From the NCBI RefSeq assembly GCF_001194135.2, contig NC_068991.1, forward strand, positions 7,147,615 through 7,211,614: DNA of 64,000 nucleotides. The letters are read 5' to 3'. Made by a program: the position numbers and the translations under genes. Positions within the stretch are counted from its first letter, which is position 1; every line of letters starts with the position of its first letter. This DNA comes from Octopus bimaculoides. Lineage: Eukaryota. Below are positions 35,633 through 48,127 of the stretch, in pieces. The notes under the pieces are model-generated. The model saw only the letters and a program-made list of their open reading frames with translations, made no database searches and was not told where the DNA came from.

Positions 35633-38600
35633 NNNNNNNNNNNNNNNNNNNNNNNNNNNNNNNNNNNNNNNNNNNNNNNNNNNNNNNNNNNTTTTTCCAG
35701 AAAAAAAAAAAAGCCTCAAATACAATTTTTTAAATCACTCCGTGTCCTCTATGTGAAGTTGGGCCTGTATTATGCTTTAATGCTCTAGGAACGTTTTTTT
35801 TTTATATATATATGCTACTGAAACTGGGGTGCGTCTGCTATGCCCATGAATCTTTTATGCCAAAGGATACGATATTGAATAACAAAAATGTAAATGAAAT
35901 CAGCACATCATAAATAAAGCAATGCATACATAGTTTTCAAAAGTCTGAAGTATTTTTTTGTTCGTCTGTTTTCCTTCATGTAGATTAAAAACTGGGCGTT
36001 GTTCATGCTAACTCCATGCAAACAATAATATTTTGCCCTCTTTCATTTCTTGAGTCAGCAATGAAAACCAAGTCATCTATAGACGCACAACTGCATAAGT
36101 AATGTTTACTTGACTATAACTTCAAAACACTCCGGTGGTAATGAGCTGTCTTTCAACTTCTTGAATAGAAAGTGAATTTTATTAAAGTCTTTCGATATTT
36201 ATTCAGACTCGAATTTTAACAACTGCCTTTTGTTCATTGATAAACTAGCTGCAAAATATTATAGAAGATACATTCAAATCTCTCGCTATATAGGGCACCA
36301 GAGAAAACACTCCCATTACATTTACCATCTGCAAGTTTTACAAACTTCTTGGTATATATAGTGCAAATACAAATAATAGTCCCAGTTTATCATAAACTAT
36401 TCAATTACACATTCCAAATTCACAAGTACTTTATCAATGTCACCACTAATAATTATGACGTATGCCATAATTATATCTGCCAAAGCAGTTGTGTGTCTCT
36501 GTTTGTCCCCCCCAACATCGCGTGACAAACGATGATGCTGGTGTGTTTACGTCACCGTAACTTAGTGGTTCGGCAAAAGAGACCGATAGAATAAGTACTA
36601 GGCTTCTAAAGAATAAGTCCTGGGGTCGATTTGTTCGACTAAAAGCGGTGCTCCAGCATGGCCACAGTCAAATGACTGAAACAAGTAAAAGAGTATGTGT
36701 GCGTGTGTGTACCCTTGTCTTGACATTATGTGATGGCTGTGAACAAGCATTGCTCTCGTACAAGCGAGGGCGTTCATTTCCAGTCTTCCATGGAAAACAT
36801 GTCTGACCATGGGAATATATTATTTTGTTTGGAAACAGGCGAGGATTGGCGACAGGGAGAGCATCTGGCTGTAGAAAATTTAACTGAACAAATCCCATCT
36901 GACTCATGCAAGCATGGACAAAAGGACATTAAGAAGACGATGTGAATCTTCTTCATAAATTCAGCAAAATATCTACAAAACAGAAAATAATCCACACTAA
37001 AGCTGGATTACATTAGCTATGCTGAATAATCTAACTTTTCTTCACATGGTTATTAAAATCTTTTAGAGGAATAATGTAGCTACGATCCACCTGCAATGTA
37101 TTCTTGTTTGTTGATAATATAAGGGCCGCTTCTGAAAACGAGACAAAAATTGAGAGGAGCCAATCGTCAGACGAAATGTGTTGAGTTCAAAACTTGATGG
37201 TATTTGATATTACTTTTTGACCTTCTAGGATTGACAAGAAACATCTAAACTAAGATTGATTTCGTTAACTATACTCCTTCACTGCAAGGAGTAGATTGTA
37301 CCTAAATAAGCAAAAATATAGCTGGGCCAGTAAAATAAAAACACGGTTGGTACACTCCTTGTCTGAGAAACCATAGAAGTTCTAAGCAAATACGATGTAG
37401 TAAACTTGTACATATCCTTTATTTCTTCCTTTTTTTTTTTGTCTTATCAGAAAAAAACATTTTCAAGATTCTTTTTCTATTGCAGGCAATATCTATCATT
37501 TGATAATTACTAATTTTCCTCTATGGAATTGTCGCTGTTGATTAAGCGATAGGTCAAGTCTAGTTGAACAGATCTTTGATCAAAGGCATTGCATATGTGA
37601 CCATTCTCTCTTTTTAAGAGAAGCTGGGACTACATTATCTAATATCTCTTTTCCTTTATCATCGTTTAACGTCCGTTTTCCATGCTGGCATGGATTGGAC
37701 GGTTCAACTGGGGTCTGGGAAGCTGCACCAGGCCCCAATCTGATCTGGCAGTGTTTTTACAGCTGGATACCCTTCCTAACGCCAACCACTCCAAGAGTGT
37801 AGTGGGTACTTTTTACGTGCCACCAGCACAGGAGCCAGAGGAGCTGGCATTGACCATGATCGGATGGTGCTAAGTCTGGTAATTTCTATCAGTCTCTTTT
37901 GCCAAACACCAGTTGTTAAGCAGTGGAGAGAAGGACAGATACAAACACACAGTCTCCATCAACCAAATTCACTCACAAGGTACTGGCTTGTCTAGAGCTA
38001 TAGCAGAAGATACTAACTAAGGTGCTACATGGTGGTAATGAACTCAAAACAGCATAGTCATGCCTGTTCCTATATTGTAGTAAATTTGAAAGAATGTTTA
38101 ATAAAATATAATAAAATACAATAATTATATTGAAATAAAAGCACACTATATTCACTGTAAACAGTGCAGAAAATGTGTAAAGAAAAATCTTGTCTAAAAT
38201 ATTTTTAAAATCTATTTTATATAAACAATGACGAAAGTAAACGAAAGGCATTTTTAATAAAATTAATTTCTATTCCCAATATGTACCCTGTTGTTTAGTT
38301 ACTAAACTTTGTGTAGTAGTAGTAGTAGTAGTAGTAGCAGCAGCAGTAGCCTAGTTTCTGTGTATTCTTTCACCACATCTACTACATGTTTGTATGACAC
38401 TACAAAGTGTGGGGTGTTGATAGCTCAGCTCAACTCTTAATTATCAGTGAACATATGGTAAGGTGTAATAGAGCTGAGTTGAAAAACTTCAATCAGCTGT
38501 AATTATCAGCTGACACATACAAAATGCTGCATTGAGCTATAGAGTAAACTACAAAAGTGTAATTTAATTACAATAAGTAATAAATAATTTCATTAAATTA

Positions 38601-39431
38601 TTTTTTATGATACCCAGTAGTGGCTTGTGTATAGGCACTGGAGAGAAGCAGATAAAACAACCCAAAGTCAAGAACAGTAGAGAAAAGTCATTGATGGTTC
38701 TTTGCTCCATAGGGATGAAGGACTTAACTGTTTAGCATCCAGATTATCCTGTCAAATGTAATAATTATTTATTCACATTGTTTTTAATTATTTGTGCATT
38801 ATTTTGTAGCTTCAAGATTAACCACAGAGCCATGCCTGTGCCTATATCCAGTAGCAAAAAAGGGATTTACAAGCGAAGCCAATGAGGGACTGGGACCCTC
38901 CAAATCTATCTGCTGAAAATATCAGATATTTTAGAGAGAAGAATGGAAAAATTAGTTTGAATTGGGAAGAGTTAGAATTAAGGACAACATTAATTACAAT
39001 GATCAGTGGTCAATATTTAATTTGGGATAGAAATTTGAATGAATGGGGTTTTAGGGATGTGACAGGAGACGTAGTAGGAATCTGAGAGGAGTAATAAATT
39101 AAAGTTGGTGTGTGTGTTGGAGGGGTGAGTTAATACTACCGATTTTTTTAAAATCTTGATTTGGAGACAAAGGTGGCAATTTATCTTTACATAGCCACTT
39201 CCAACATTCACACACACTCAGGGATATATGTACACACAAGTAGATACTCATGCACTCATATATGCAATCACATTCACCCTCACAGAAAACTATATTTCAT
39301 CATCATATAATGTCTACTTTGGGTAGGACAGTTCCACAGAATCCAACAGGTTGAGGGACCAAATCTTGCTCCAATGTCTCATTTTTGGCATGGTTTCTAC
39401 AGTTGAATGCCCTACATATATACATACATAT

Positions 39432-39492
<61 letters not shown>

Positions 39493-42400
39493 TATATATA
39501 CATACATACACANNNNNNNNNNNNNNNNNNNNNNNNNNNNNNNNNNNNNNNNNNNNNNNNNNNNNNNNNNNNNNNNNNNNNNNNNNNNNNNNNNNNNNNN
39601 NNNNNNNNNNNNNNNNNNNNNNNNNNNNNNNNNNNNNNNNNNNNNNNNNNNNNNNNNNNNNNNNNNNNNNNNNNNNNNNNNNNNNNNNNNNNNNNNNNNN
39701 NNNNNNNNNNNNNNNNNNNNNNNNNNNNNNNNNNNNNNNNNNNNNNNNNNNNNNNNNNNNNNNNNNNNNNNNNNNNNNNNNNNNNNNNNNNNNNNNNNNN
39801 NNNNNNNNNNNNNNNNNNNNNNNNNNNNNNNNNNNNNNNNNNNNNNNNNNNNNNNNNNNNNNNNNNNNNNNNNNNNNNNNNNNNNNNNNNNNNNNNNNNN
39901 NNNNNNNNNNNNNNNNNNNNNNNNNNNNNNNNNNNNNNNNNNNNNNNNNNNNNNNNNNNNNNNNNNNNNNNNNNNNNNNNNNNNNNNNNNNNNNNNNNNN
40001 NNNNNNNNNNNNNNNNNNNNNNNNNNNNNNNNNNNNNNNNNNNNNNNNNNNNNNNNNNNNNNNNNNNNNNNNNNNNNNNNNNNNNNNNNNNNNNNNNNNN
40101 NNNNNNNNNNNNNNNNNNNNNNNNNNNNNNNNNNNNNNNNNNNNNNNNNNNNNACCGCCAACAAATGCTCCAGTTAGATCCCCAAGCATTATATTATCCA
40201 ACCATTTCGTTCGCAGCCTATCCCTGGGTCACCTGCCGATGGCTTAACCTTTACAATCTATCTTTTGATTCTTTCCTTAAACATTCCAACCACATTCCCG
40301 TAATACTGTAGCTGTGACCTTTCAATGCGGAAAAGTGGTGACTCAACCAGGAGCGGCTCGCTGATCTCCGAGCTACGCACTCTATCTAGCAAATCAAGTG
40401 CAGACGTCCAAATTTTAAAGTCTGAATGAACTACACACCCAGCGACACCTCGAAGTCATTGCTACGAAAAGTATTATAAATATCAAACTTTGCGCTGGCT
40501 TAATGTTTAGAGACTTGTTTTTATCCCACCCCCTCTCTTTCTCCATTATAAAATTGAACATCGTAAGAAATTAGAACGACAGCTATCATCTATGTCCAGA
40601 GGAAAAGTGAACGGCTACAACGGGCGGGAGGAAATTAATAAAATATGAAAGTAAATTAATATTGTCTGTATGTCATTTGTTGATGAATATAAAGGCAAAG
40701 AATGTAAACAGCGCTGAGAAAACCGGTGTTTCATGAACTAAGTGCCTTGAGATATTTGTTCTGTATCAAGTTATATACACATTATTGCCATTCTCGAGTC
40801 AGAAATGTAGTGAACCAGTGATTAGCTTTTTGGAAACTTCTAACTAACAACGATGTAAAACACACACATATGCTTTTACTATTTAACCCATTACCTCCCA
40901 TAATTCTATTAACTGGAATTTTTTTTAATGAAACTTTGATTTCTAGCATAAAACAGCCTTAGAAACACGCTGGAATGATCAAAATAACATTTCAAATAGA
41001 AATAAGCGAGATATTGGGTGAAAAATTAGCAAACCTCACTTGAATATCAGAGAAATATACCTAGTAGATATAGCAAAAAGGTTAGATATGTGTAAATATT
41101 GACAGATAATTACGAAATTTGTAATTTTTAAGTGATCTCATATGAGATCACTGGTAGGTAATGGGTTAAGAAAAATAAATAAAGAATGGAGAGGACTGTA
41201 TTTGATGGCATAAAGGACGCATCTCAATTTCAGCAGGAAAAATTTTTTTTAGTGTATTAAAGCATGTAATAAGAGGCCCGACTTTGCATATTGGATCCGG
41301 GGTGGTTGCTTGAGATATTTTTTATTTTGTAAAAAAAATAGTATCTTATATGCCATCAAATACGCTATTTTAAAAACAAGTAATGTAATAGATTTGACAG
41401 ACGGTAAGGTATTGATTGATTACAAAACTTGATAAGCATCTCCGTTTGAAGTATTGAATGTTAATTAAATGGAAGATGTTAATGATTCTAATAGATTATT
41501 TTTGCAGTAATAGTTTATTTAGTAATTAAAAACATTTTGAATATAGAATTTTTTTTTTTTTTTAATCATTCAGATGTCAAAGACAGTTGTAAGTTATATA
41601 TAAACAAAACTGAAAACACCATCGATTTAACGACAAAGTATAAGTATTTAATATGACAAAAGGAAAAGCTGATCCCAAGAGTTTTCTTCTTTCTTTTCAC
41701 TCAGGGCGTAAAGCAAAAAGTCTACGTAGGGTTTTTGAACTCAGACAATATCGCTAGATATCGCGAGGATGCAACAGATAATGCCAACGAAGTTCATTGA
41801 CTTATAAGATGCTCGTTAATTCTGGCAGGCCATTTCTTGAATCACCAATTGTATTTATGAGATTTGAGTAAATGTGTCTTATAAACCTTCAAACACGGGT
41901 AAATAGAAACCGTTTGGGTGATGTGTGTTGTAATTGCATACTTGCGTGTTTGTTATCTCTCAGAACCGAGTTCGAATCGTAGGACACCTTTAAATATATA
42001 TTTCTTAGTAACAAATTAGTGATTTAGTAACAGTAATATTTGGAGGTATTCTTTCGGAATACCTATTTGGACTTGCTGTCATCTACTATTGCAAATATTG
42101 GTTTCTGTCGATAAAAAAAAAAATTCCAGCGGAGTACATTCGATGATGATGATGCTGGCAGATATGTAAGCCCGATGAGAGCCATAAACATGAACATCCT
42201 TCAGTTTATAACTGGTACTTATTTTAACGACCTCAGTGAGTATAGGGGCAACGGAAAATAATTTAAGGTACTTAACCTAGTCTCATTTTCACAAATGTCA
42301 AATGTACCTTTATCCCAAACTAGTTGTGAGATACCGTCTGTATCTCACAAATATTTAAAGTTTATTGCCCAGTTATTGTTATTACGTAAATGTAAATTAG

Positions 42401-43319
42401 CTTTAAAGTTATTAAATGAACACTTCTGCATCAACGGGATGGTTTATCGATACGTTTTGTAATTAATAAATCAAATATTCCATCTCTCCGCTCGATTCCA
42501 AATAATGAAGAAAACTTTTAATACGTATTTGTAAATGAGATCTATGGCCCTTTTGGTGCCTAAAAAATCACGATCGGTGTTTAAAGGAGGAAATAAATGT
42601 TTACTTACATCATATCTCTGGTGGAACAGATATAGCATAGAGAAAGGTATGCAAGTGCCAACCATCGCATGTGTCGAAGGCATTCCGTACTCCAATTCAT
42701 ATCGAGCTTCCAACTTGATCACTGGGGGTGAAATGGGACGTGGTCTCTTGACGATGTCTTTAGTTGCTTGGCCTAAGTAAAGCGTAATCCACCACATAAC
42801 CACAACTTTCCGAGAGACGAAAAAATCCAAGTTCCACAAAATGAAAGGGAAGAAAGTAGTGTAAAACAATTCGTCGCCCAAGGCAGCTCCAAAACTGAAT
42901 AGATAGTAGATAGATTTGTATTGTATTTTGTAAGGGAGTTCGTTCTTTTTCTCATCTGGGTTAGAAGTTGTGTTTTTAATGGGCTTGCCACCGTTCTGTA
43001 AGTTAACTTGATCCCCTGCATCGGTTTCCGTAACCCCCGATGGTTTTGGTGCTTTTACATTGCGACGGATACATTTATCACTACTTTCATCTTCATCTGG
43101 AACCTTTGCCCCATTTTGGTCAAAATGACAAACTTTCCAGGGATCATCTTCATCGCGAAAGACTATTGAAGAATTTTTTAATCCCGATTGAGAATACATA
43201 TTGCTGGACGGCGCCAATCTTGCAGAATTTTCGTTGTAAGACAATCCACAAAAGCGTTGAAATCGTGCAACTAAATATGGGTCATCGAGATATAAAACAA
43301 TGCTATGCAACATATCCAT
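18902..43319 (-). CDS. SGPP1: Sphingosine-1-phosphate phosphatase (PAP2 family, SGPP1/SGPP2-like), complete, 3 exons, 461 aa
   Basis: Exons 43319-42609, 21110-21021, 19486-18902, all phase 0. All three PAP2 motifs are present: KDIVKRPRP (Kx6RP), PSTH and [11 protein letters not shown]|D. Family features include [25 protein letters not shown] and [14 protein letters not shown]1 versus SGPP2 orthology cannot be resolved by eye. Confidence 0.93.
19617..20032. mobile_element. MITE with long (about 85-bp) imperfect TIRs
   Basis: Left aaacatatttt..gggagggtca..aataaacacat..actggttct mirrors the right end; partial copy at about 58003-58230. Confidence 0.7.
21021..21110 (-). CDS. SGPP1: SGPP exon 2 ([30 protein letters not shown])
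   Basis: Acceptor cttttgacag, donor gtttgt; 90 nt; carries PAP2 motif 3. Confidence 0.92.
26326..26372 (+). ncRNA. Candidate hammerhead ribozyme, type II-like permutation
   Basis: CTTCCT-GAAAC-AATTT-GTA-[15 nt]-CTGAGGA-AGGAAG; core intact, stem I weak. Confidence 0.4.
28645..29058 (+). mobile_element. Long tRNA-derived SINE, family C
   Basis: A box tgggctagtgg, B box ggtttcgattccc; near-identical to 49565-49913. Its 3' module also occurs inverted at about 30685-30860 and 34880-35050. Confidence 0.75.
31619..31802. repeat. Minisatellite, 11 units of TGTTCAGGTAAAACAA(TA)
   Basis: Direct count of the 16- and 18-bp units. Confidence 0.9.
34408..34443 (+). ncRNA. Degenerate minimal type I hammerhead ribozyme motif (Penelope-type)
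   Basis: CTTT-CTGTGGA-A-GAGC(GTAG)GCTC-AAAAC-GTT-AAAG; two core mismatches. Confidence 0.5.
35315..35540 (-). mobile_element. Second RTE-like 3'UTR repeat family
   Basis: tttaacgtccacttttcc...ggatgcccttc...aaccctcacctgttt...aagactggaaatgaac. Copies at about 8190-8410, 23265-23420, 25428-25645 and 36712-36940. Confidence 0.6.
40154..40409 (-). mobile_element. Expander/Rex3-like RTE fragment
   Basis: The - frame reads [37 protein letters not shown]...[13 protein letters not shown], matching the Rex3/Expander C-terminal pattern (DRVRSSVIRE..EPLLLHIERSQLRW.GH, RPRTRW); contains a stop and a frameshift. Confidence 0.72.
40887..41165. mobile_element. Second piggyBac-like MITE (279 bp)
   Basis: 14-bp TIR CCCATTACCT(C/A)CCA with one mismatch, TTAA flanks at 40883-40886 and 41166-41169. 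Confidence 0.8.
41198..41363. mobile_element. pogo/Tigger-like MITE
   Basis: TIR GTATTTGATGGCATA(A/T)A at both ends, resembling pogo-type CCGTATTT..TATAAGACGCA termini; related copies at about 2741-2928 and 35690-35872. Confidence 0.65.
42609..43319 (-). CDS. SGPP1: SGPP exon 1 (237 codons, [25 protein letters not shown]...LFHQRYD)
   Basis: ORF 42471..43319; donor GTAAGT immediately after the GAT codon at 42609. Confidence 0.93.
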
Positions 43320-44789
43320 TATTTACAAAATCACAGCTCCTTCAAAAACTGTTTGATGTAAAGATAATGCTATCTTTACAGAAACTTTCAACCATTAAAC
43401 TAATCAATACGTTAAGATTGTTGTATAACAGATATTAAACACTTGTCGCATTCTAGACACAGGCCGAGGTCAAAGCTGAAATATCTGTAGTTATGTAAAC
43501 CTGTGAGTTATGTTGTTCAACTAGAGATCTAACAGTTTACTTCAAAGTTGATTACGGCAATATACATCCAACGAGTTTTTACTTGTTAAAAACTCTTCGT
43601 GATTAAACGGCTAAACAGTATATATACATCAGGAAATGTCAACAAAAGACGAATCGATTTATGTTCGTTGCTAGAGCAGGTGTTCTAAGCTAATATACTG
43701 ATTTTTCATGCTTGATGAAATACGCCGTTGTGAGGCCAGACCCAGCTGAGTACACATGACATAAAGCCATGATGCTACCGCTATTGCTAGTGACGAGCAG
43801 ACTTGATTTACGGTGTAACCTATTAAAAGTATCCTCTTCAAAATACACCTACTTTCCTAGACTTTAATCTGATGAGATTAATCCTTTGTTTATTGCGAGT
43901 CCTATTTGTAACTTTGACGAGATACTACAAAATGTTAAATATCATCATTCTTAGTACATAGTCCAGAATATTTATGAATGTTAATTAAAAACACACACAC
44001 ACACACACCATAGAAATTTAGGAGATATGAAAAATATTATTAAATAAAAGTATTACTATTATTGTAGTTCTTTTTTTTTTTTGCAACGGTGGACCTCGAA
44101 GTAGATAAAGCTACAAATAATAGCATGTAAATATTGGGTCAAAAGCCCCTCTTGATAGAAAAGTCGAAGGCTGTCCATGGAACACGAACCCACTGTAAAC
44201 ATAACAGGCGTTATTATTAATATTTTTTCCGTATTATGTGCCCCATTTAGTTTCGGGTTTTGTATTTTCTCTTACATTGAAATTACTCTATATAATATGA
44301 GTGTAACTCCTAGTTGTGCGATTTTCTGAATGTCGTGATTGTTCAGGACCTGGAATTTTGATTATGTATTTGTTTGTATCTTTGTTTCTGCTTTTTAAAA
44401 AATAATTTCTAAGGGACCTATAATTACAAGGCGTGTTTCTGTTTCCAGACACAACTCTTCACATCCTTTTTCAACATCTACAAATTATACACATCTCCAA
44501 GTTAACTCAGAAAGAAAGATGGAGTTGTGTGTTGTTTTGGAAAATTCTAGATCTCACAAGGTGAAGCATTTTCCAGGACTCAAAGTTGAGTCAGTAGTGT
44601 TGTACGTGACCACCAGGGAGAGCCACTGCCCCTGTTTGGACATAAGCAACCGGATTTTTTTTAGGTATCTAGAGTTTTTTCTGGGAACAGCTTGCTCTTT
44701 AGAATAAGTGAGAGATTAGACTGTGTGGGACTAGTTAAGGGGAGAAAGAAAGAAATGTAGAAGTTTCACAAACCTACTCAGACGTTTCC

Positions 44790-45260
44790 AGTTGTCTGAC
44801 ATGTATCAGCTGGTTTTTAATGTTCTAATGTGGACATGAACAAGTCTCATTAGGTCCTCCCAATCATATTTAAATAGAGAATTCTGAACACCAATAGGTA
44901 AGGGAAGCATGGGTTGTTCATAGTTTAAAGTCATTGGTTACACATACCACAAATTTGTGATCTGTATTTTTGACATAGGTTTCATAAGCCGGAAGCCTGT
45001 ACAAGAAGTTGAATGTGTCTTTCCTGGTGCACAAAGCTTACAGAGACTGGATTAGTGAATTAGTTAAGCAAGCATTGACAGAAGCACTTGTCAAGCACAG
45101 GTGGTTTACCCTGAAAAGAGCAATCAGAAGAAAACTTACAAGGTTTAGTAAAGGAGTAAAAATAAAGGAAACTAAATTAGAGAATAATCTTGGTAGAAAC
45201 TGAGAAGAGGTGTCTTGGAAAAACATTAAAATGGATGAGATTGGTCCTTGACCAATTTTT
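44790..45260 (-). mobile_element. Possible decayed Penelope-like element fragment (GIY-YIG region)
   Basis: The - frame near 44821-44870 reads IGRT**DLFMSTLEH, with the spacing of the PLE motif YIGRTxRxLxxRIxEH; heavily degraded. Confidence 0.45.
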
Positions 45261-47323
45261 CAACCTGAAGCATGAAGATTTTATTGTCATAGTTAAGGTG
45301 TATGCTCTAAGATACAAAGAAAAGAGGGCCTTTCAATGATCTTGGGTGTCAGAGACACAATCCTCATCATCATCATCGTCATTTGATATCTGTTTTCCAT
45401 GCTGGCATGGGTTGGACAGCTTGACAAATAAAGTGTTTTGCTTAAGAACACAACACATCACTCAATCCAGGAATTGAAACCCCAATCTTACGATCATGAG
45501 TCCAGCACCCTAACCACAAAGCCATGTGCCTCCACTAGAAGATGAGCCCATCGTAGGGTTACCTATTAACAGCTGAGGGGACTGTGGCAGCATGAAACAA
45601 GTGTTTTGCTCAAGAATACGACATGCACCCAGTCTGGGAATCAAAACCACAACTTCACAATCATGAGTGCAATGCATCTAACCAATAGGCCAGGCACCTT
45701 CACAGTAATAATATAACACAAATAAAAATGGTGTGACTGAATTAAATACTTCAGTATGATCACACTCCATCTTATCTTTTCAACTTGTTCTCACCTGATG
45801 CATTAATTAAATACGAGTTTAAATTATCAAAATAATTGTACTGAATTTCATTTATTGCTGTGACTAAAATTTATTGTTTTGGACTATATAACCTTGATGG
45901 TGGTGTAGCGGTTGTCTAGAAAGTGCAGTATTGATTGCATTGCGGCTAGATAGAGGCGTTAGAGAAATCAGCTGGTGTCCATAATAGGGAAGACTTTTGC
46001 ACTTATAATGGAGATGTGATCCTTTTATTCTTTTATTTGTTTCAGTCATTTGACTGTGGCCATGCTGGAGCACTGCCTTTCAGTTGAAGAAATTGACTGC
46101 AGGACTTATTCTTTCTAAGCCTAGTATTTATTCTACCGGTCTCTTAGGCTGAACCGCTAGGTTATGGGGATGTAAACACACCAACATAGGTTGCCAAGTG
46201 ATGGTGGGGGGGACGAACACAGACACACAAACATATACATCATTATCATCATCGTTTAACGTCCATTTTCCATGCTGGCATGGGTTGGGTGGTTTGACTG
46301 AGGACTGGTAAGCCAGTAGGCTACACCAGGCTCCAATCTGATCTGGCAATGGCTGGTGGAAAAGGAAAACTGAGGAAAATGTGGAAAAGACGACCAGTAA
46401 TAACAGAAAATGGGGAAGATGACTTATGCTGGAATAGACCTATCAAACCTCACCATGGGTGCAAAATGATTTTGATGAATACAATGATGATGATGATGAT
46501 GATGATGACAACTACAATGGTGGTGGTGGGGATAGAATGAAAGAGTGAAAAAGGCATAAAAAAATGGAACAATTCTGCTGAAAGAGCTGCCTGTGAGGCT
46601 GTGAAATGTTTGAGCTGAGAGCCAGATGCTGGAACTGTTGAAAGCTAAAGGAATAATTTAGGCAAATAACATTTATTTTAGAGAAGATACGGGAGACAGG
46701 GAGCTATTGCATTGGTAGTTTAAAACATTCGATCTTCTTGTAACAAAATAGATAAACAATTAAATGAATAAAATTAATGATTAATAACTGATAACTTTGT
46801 TAATAACGTCCCTGATTATCTCTAGTTTCTGTCTTACTACTGATAACATTCAAAGCATTGTTTTTTTCTTTCTGATACACAATGAATATACTTCATGATA
46901 AAAATCAAAGTTTATTTCTAAGTCTTTGTTAAATAGTTTAAATGAGTTACAAACTATTTTCGTCTCATGCTACATTTATGACCCTTTTTTTAATATATTC
47001 ACATTACTACAGACAGACTGAGCAAGGATTGTTGCTTCTCTGTCCAGTTTCCATGGATCAAACACTTACCTATGATCAGAGATATTCCAGCCCTCACATT
47101 TCCTCTTTCTTTCGTGAGGTGAACCTGTTAGCATCTTTTATCATCTACCTTTTACTTGTTTCACTCATTGAACTGTGGCTATGCTGGGGCAACGCTTTGA
47201 AGGCAAAGTCGACCTCAGCAGAATTTGAACTCAGAATGTAATGACAGGCAAAATACCGCTAAGCATTTTGCTCAGTGTGCTAACAACTCTGCCAGCTCAC
47301 CTCCCTAATAATAATAATAACAT

Positions 47324-47370
<47 letters not shown>

Positions 47371-47634
47371 GGCACTCCCACTGATTTTGAGATATGAGTG
47401 TTTGAAGAAGGAAAGGATTTTTAAAAAATAGCTACTTCTATTTGTGATGAATGTGTGAATGTAATTTGAGTCCAGGAATGGATTTTACTATGAGGTCATA
47501 ATGGGGACAATGATGATGTTGCTTTTGAACAAATGTGTCTGTTGATTAAAGGATAAAGTTCCTTCTATTGTACTGTTCCTTCTATTGTACTGTTCCTTCA
47601 ACTCAGTTTGTTCAGGTGTATATATTCCCCACCT

Positions 47635-47807
47635 TGACGGGACGCCAGTCTGTCACAGGATTACTAATTTTTGCTAGCTGAATGGACTGGAGCAACGTGA
47701 AATGAAGTGTTTTGCTCAAGAACACAACGCGTCGCCCGGTCCAGGAATCGAAACCACAATCTTATGATCATGAGTCCAACAACCTAACCACTAAGCCACA
47801 CACCTCC
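47635..47807 (-). mobile_element. SINE family D, inverted 3'-truncated copy
   Basis: Reverse complement of 47871-48044. Confidence 0.75.
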
Positions 47808-47870
47808 ATACAAACCTCACTGACTAGTATGGATTTGCTAGAATAAGTCAGTGGGCTTGCTGAGTTGCAT

Positions 47871-48127
47871 GGAGGCACGTGGCTTAGTGGTTAGGGTGTC
47901 AGCATCATGATCGTAAGATTGTGGTTTCGATTCCTGGACCAGGCGACGCATTGTGTTCTTGAGCAAAACACTTCATTCCATGTTGCTCCAGTCCACTCAG
48001 CTGGCAAAAATTAGTAATGCTGCGATGGATTGGCGTCCTGTCCAGCTGAGGAACACATACGCCATAGAAACCGGGAAACCGGGCCCATGAGCCTGGCTAG
48101 GCTTTAAAAGGGCGCATTTATTTTTTT
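47871..48127 (+). mobile_element. tRNA-derived SINE, family D (V-domain-like), full length, with 13-bp target-site duplication
   Basis: A box tggcttagtgg, B box ggtttcgattcc, V-like ctgcgatggattggcgtcctgtccag, T-rich tail; TTGCTGAGTTGCA at 47857-47869 and 48128-48140. Confidence 0.8.

Noticed and set aside
38870-39085. Possible Penelope RT remnant on the - strand
   Set aside because: Resemblance to the LVLxxNxF...QxxGxAMG region is too degraded to support without a profile search
42471-42608. ORF extension beyond SGPP exon 1 (VSKHLFPP...)
   Set aside because: Read-through past a consensus GTAAGT donor; SGPP similarity resumes in exon 21110-21021
43040-43438. 132-aa + strand ORF (and 42535..42780) antisense to SGPP exon 1
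   Set aside because: Shadow ORFs of a real coding exon, with no recognisable motif
43707-43756. TGATGA...CTGA with CATG flanks upstream of SGPP (possible C/D snoRNA)
   Set aside because: C to D span is only 37 nt, with no C'/D' boxes or identifiable guide
47871-47945. tRNA-like sequences with A/B boxes (also 28645, 49565, 10400, 1376)
   Set aside because: They run directly into SINE bodies and lack a complete cloverleaf, so they are SINE heads, not tRNA genes
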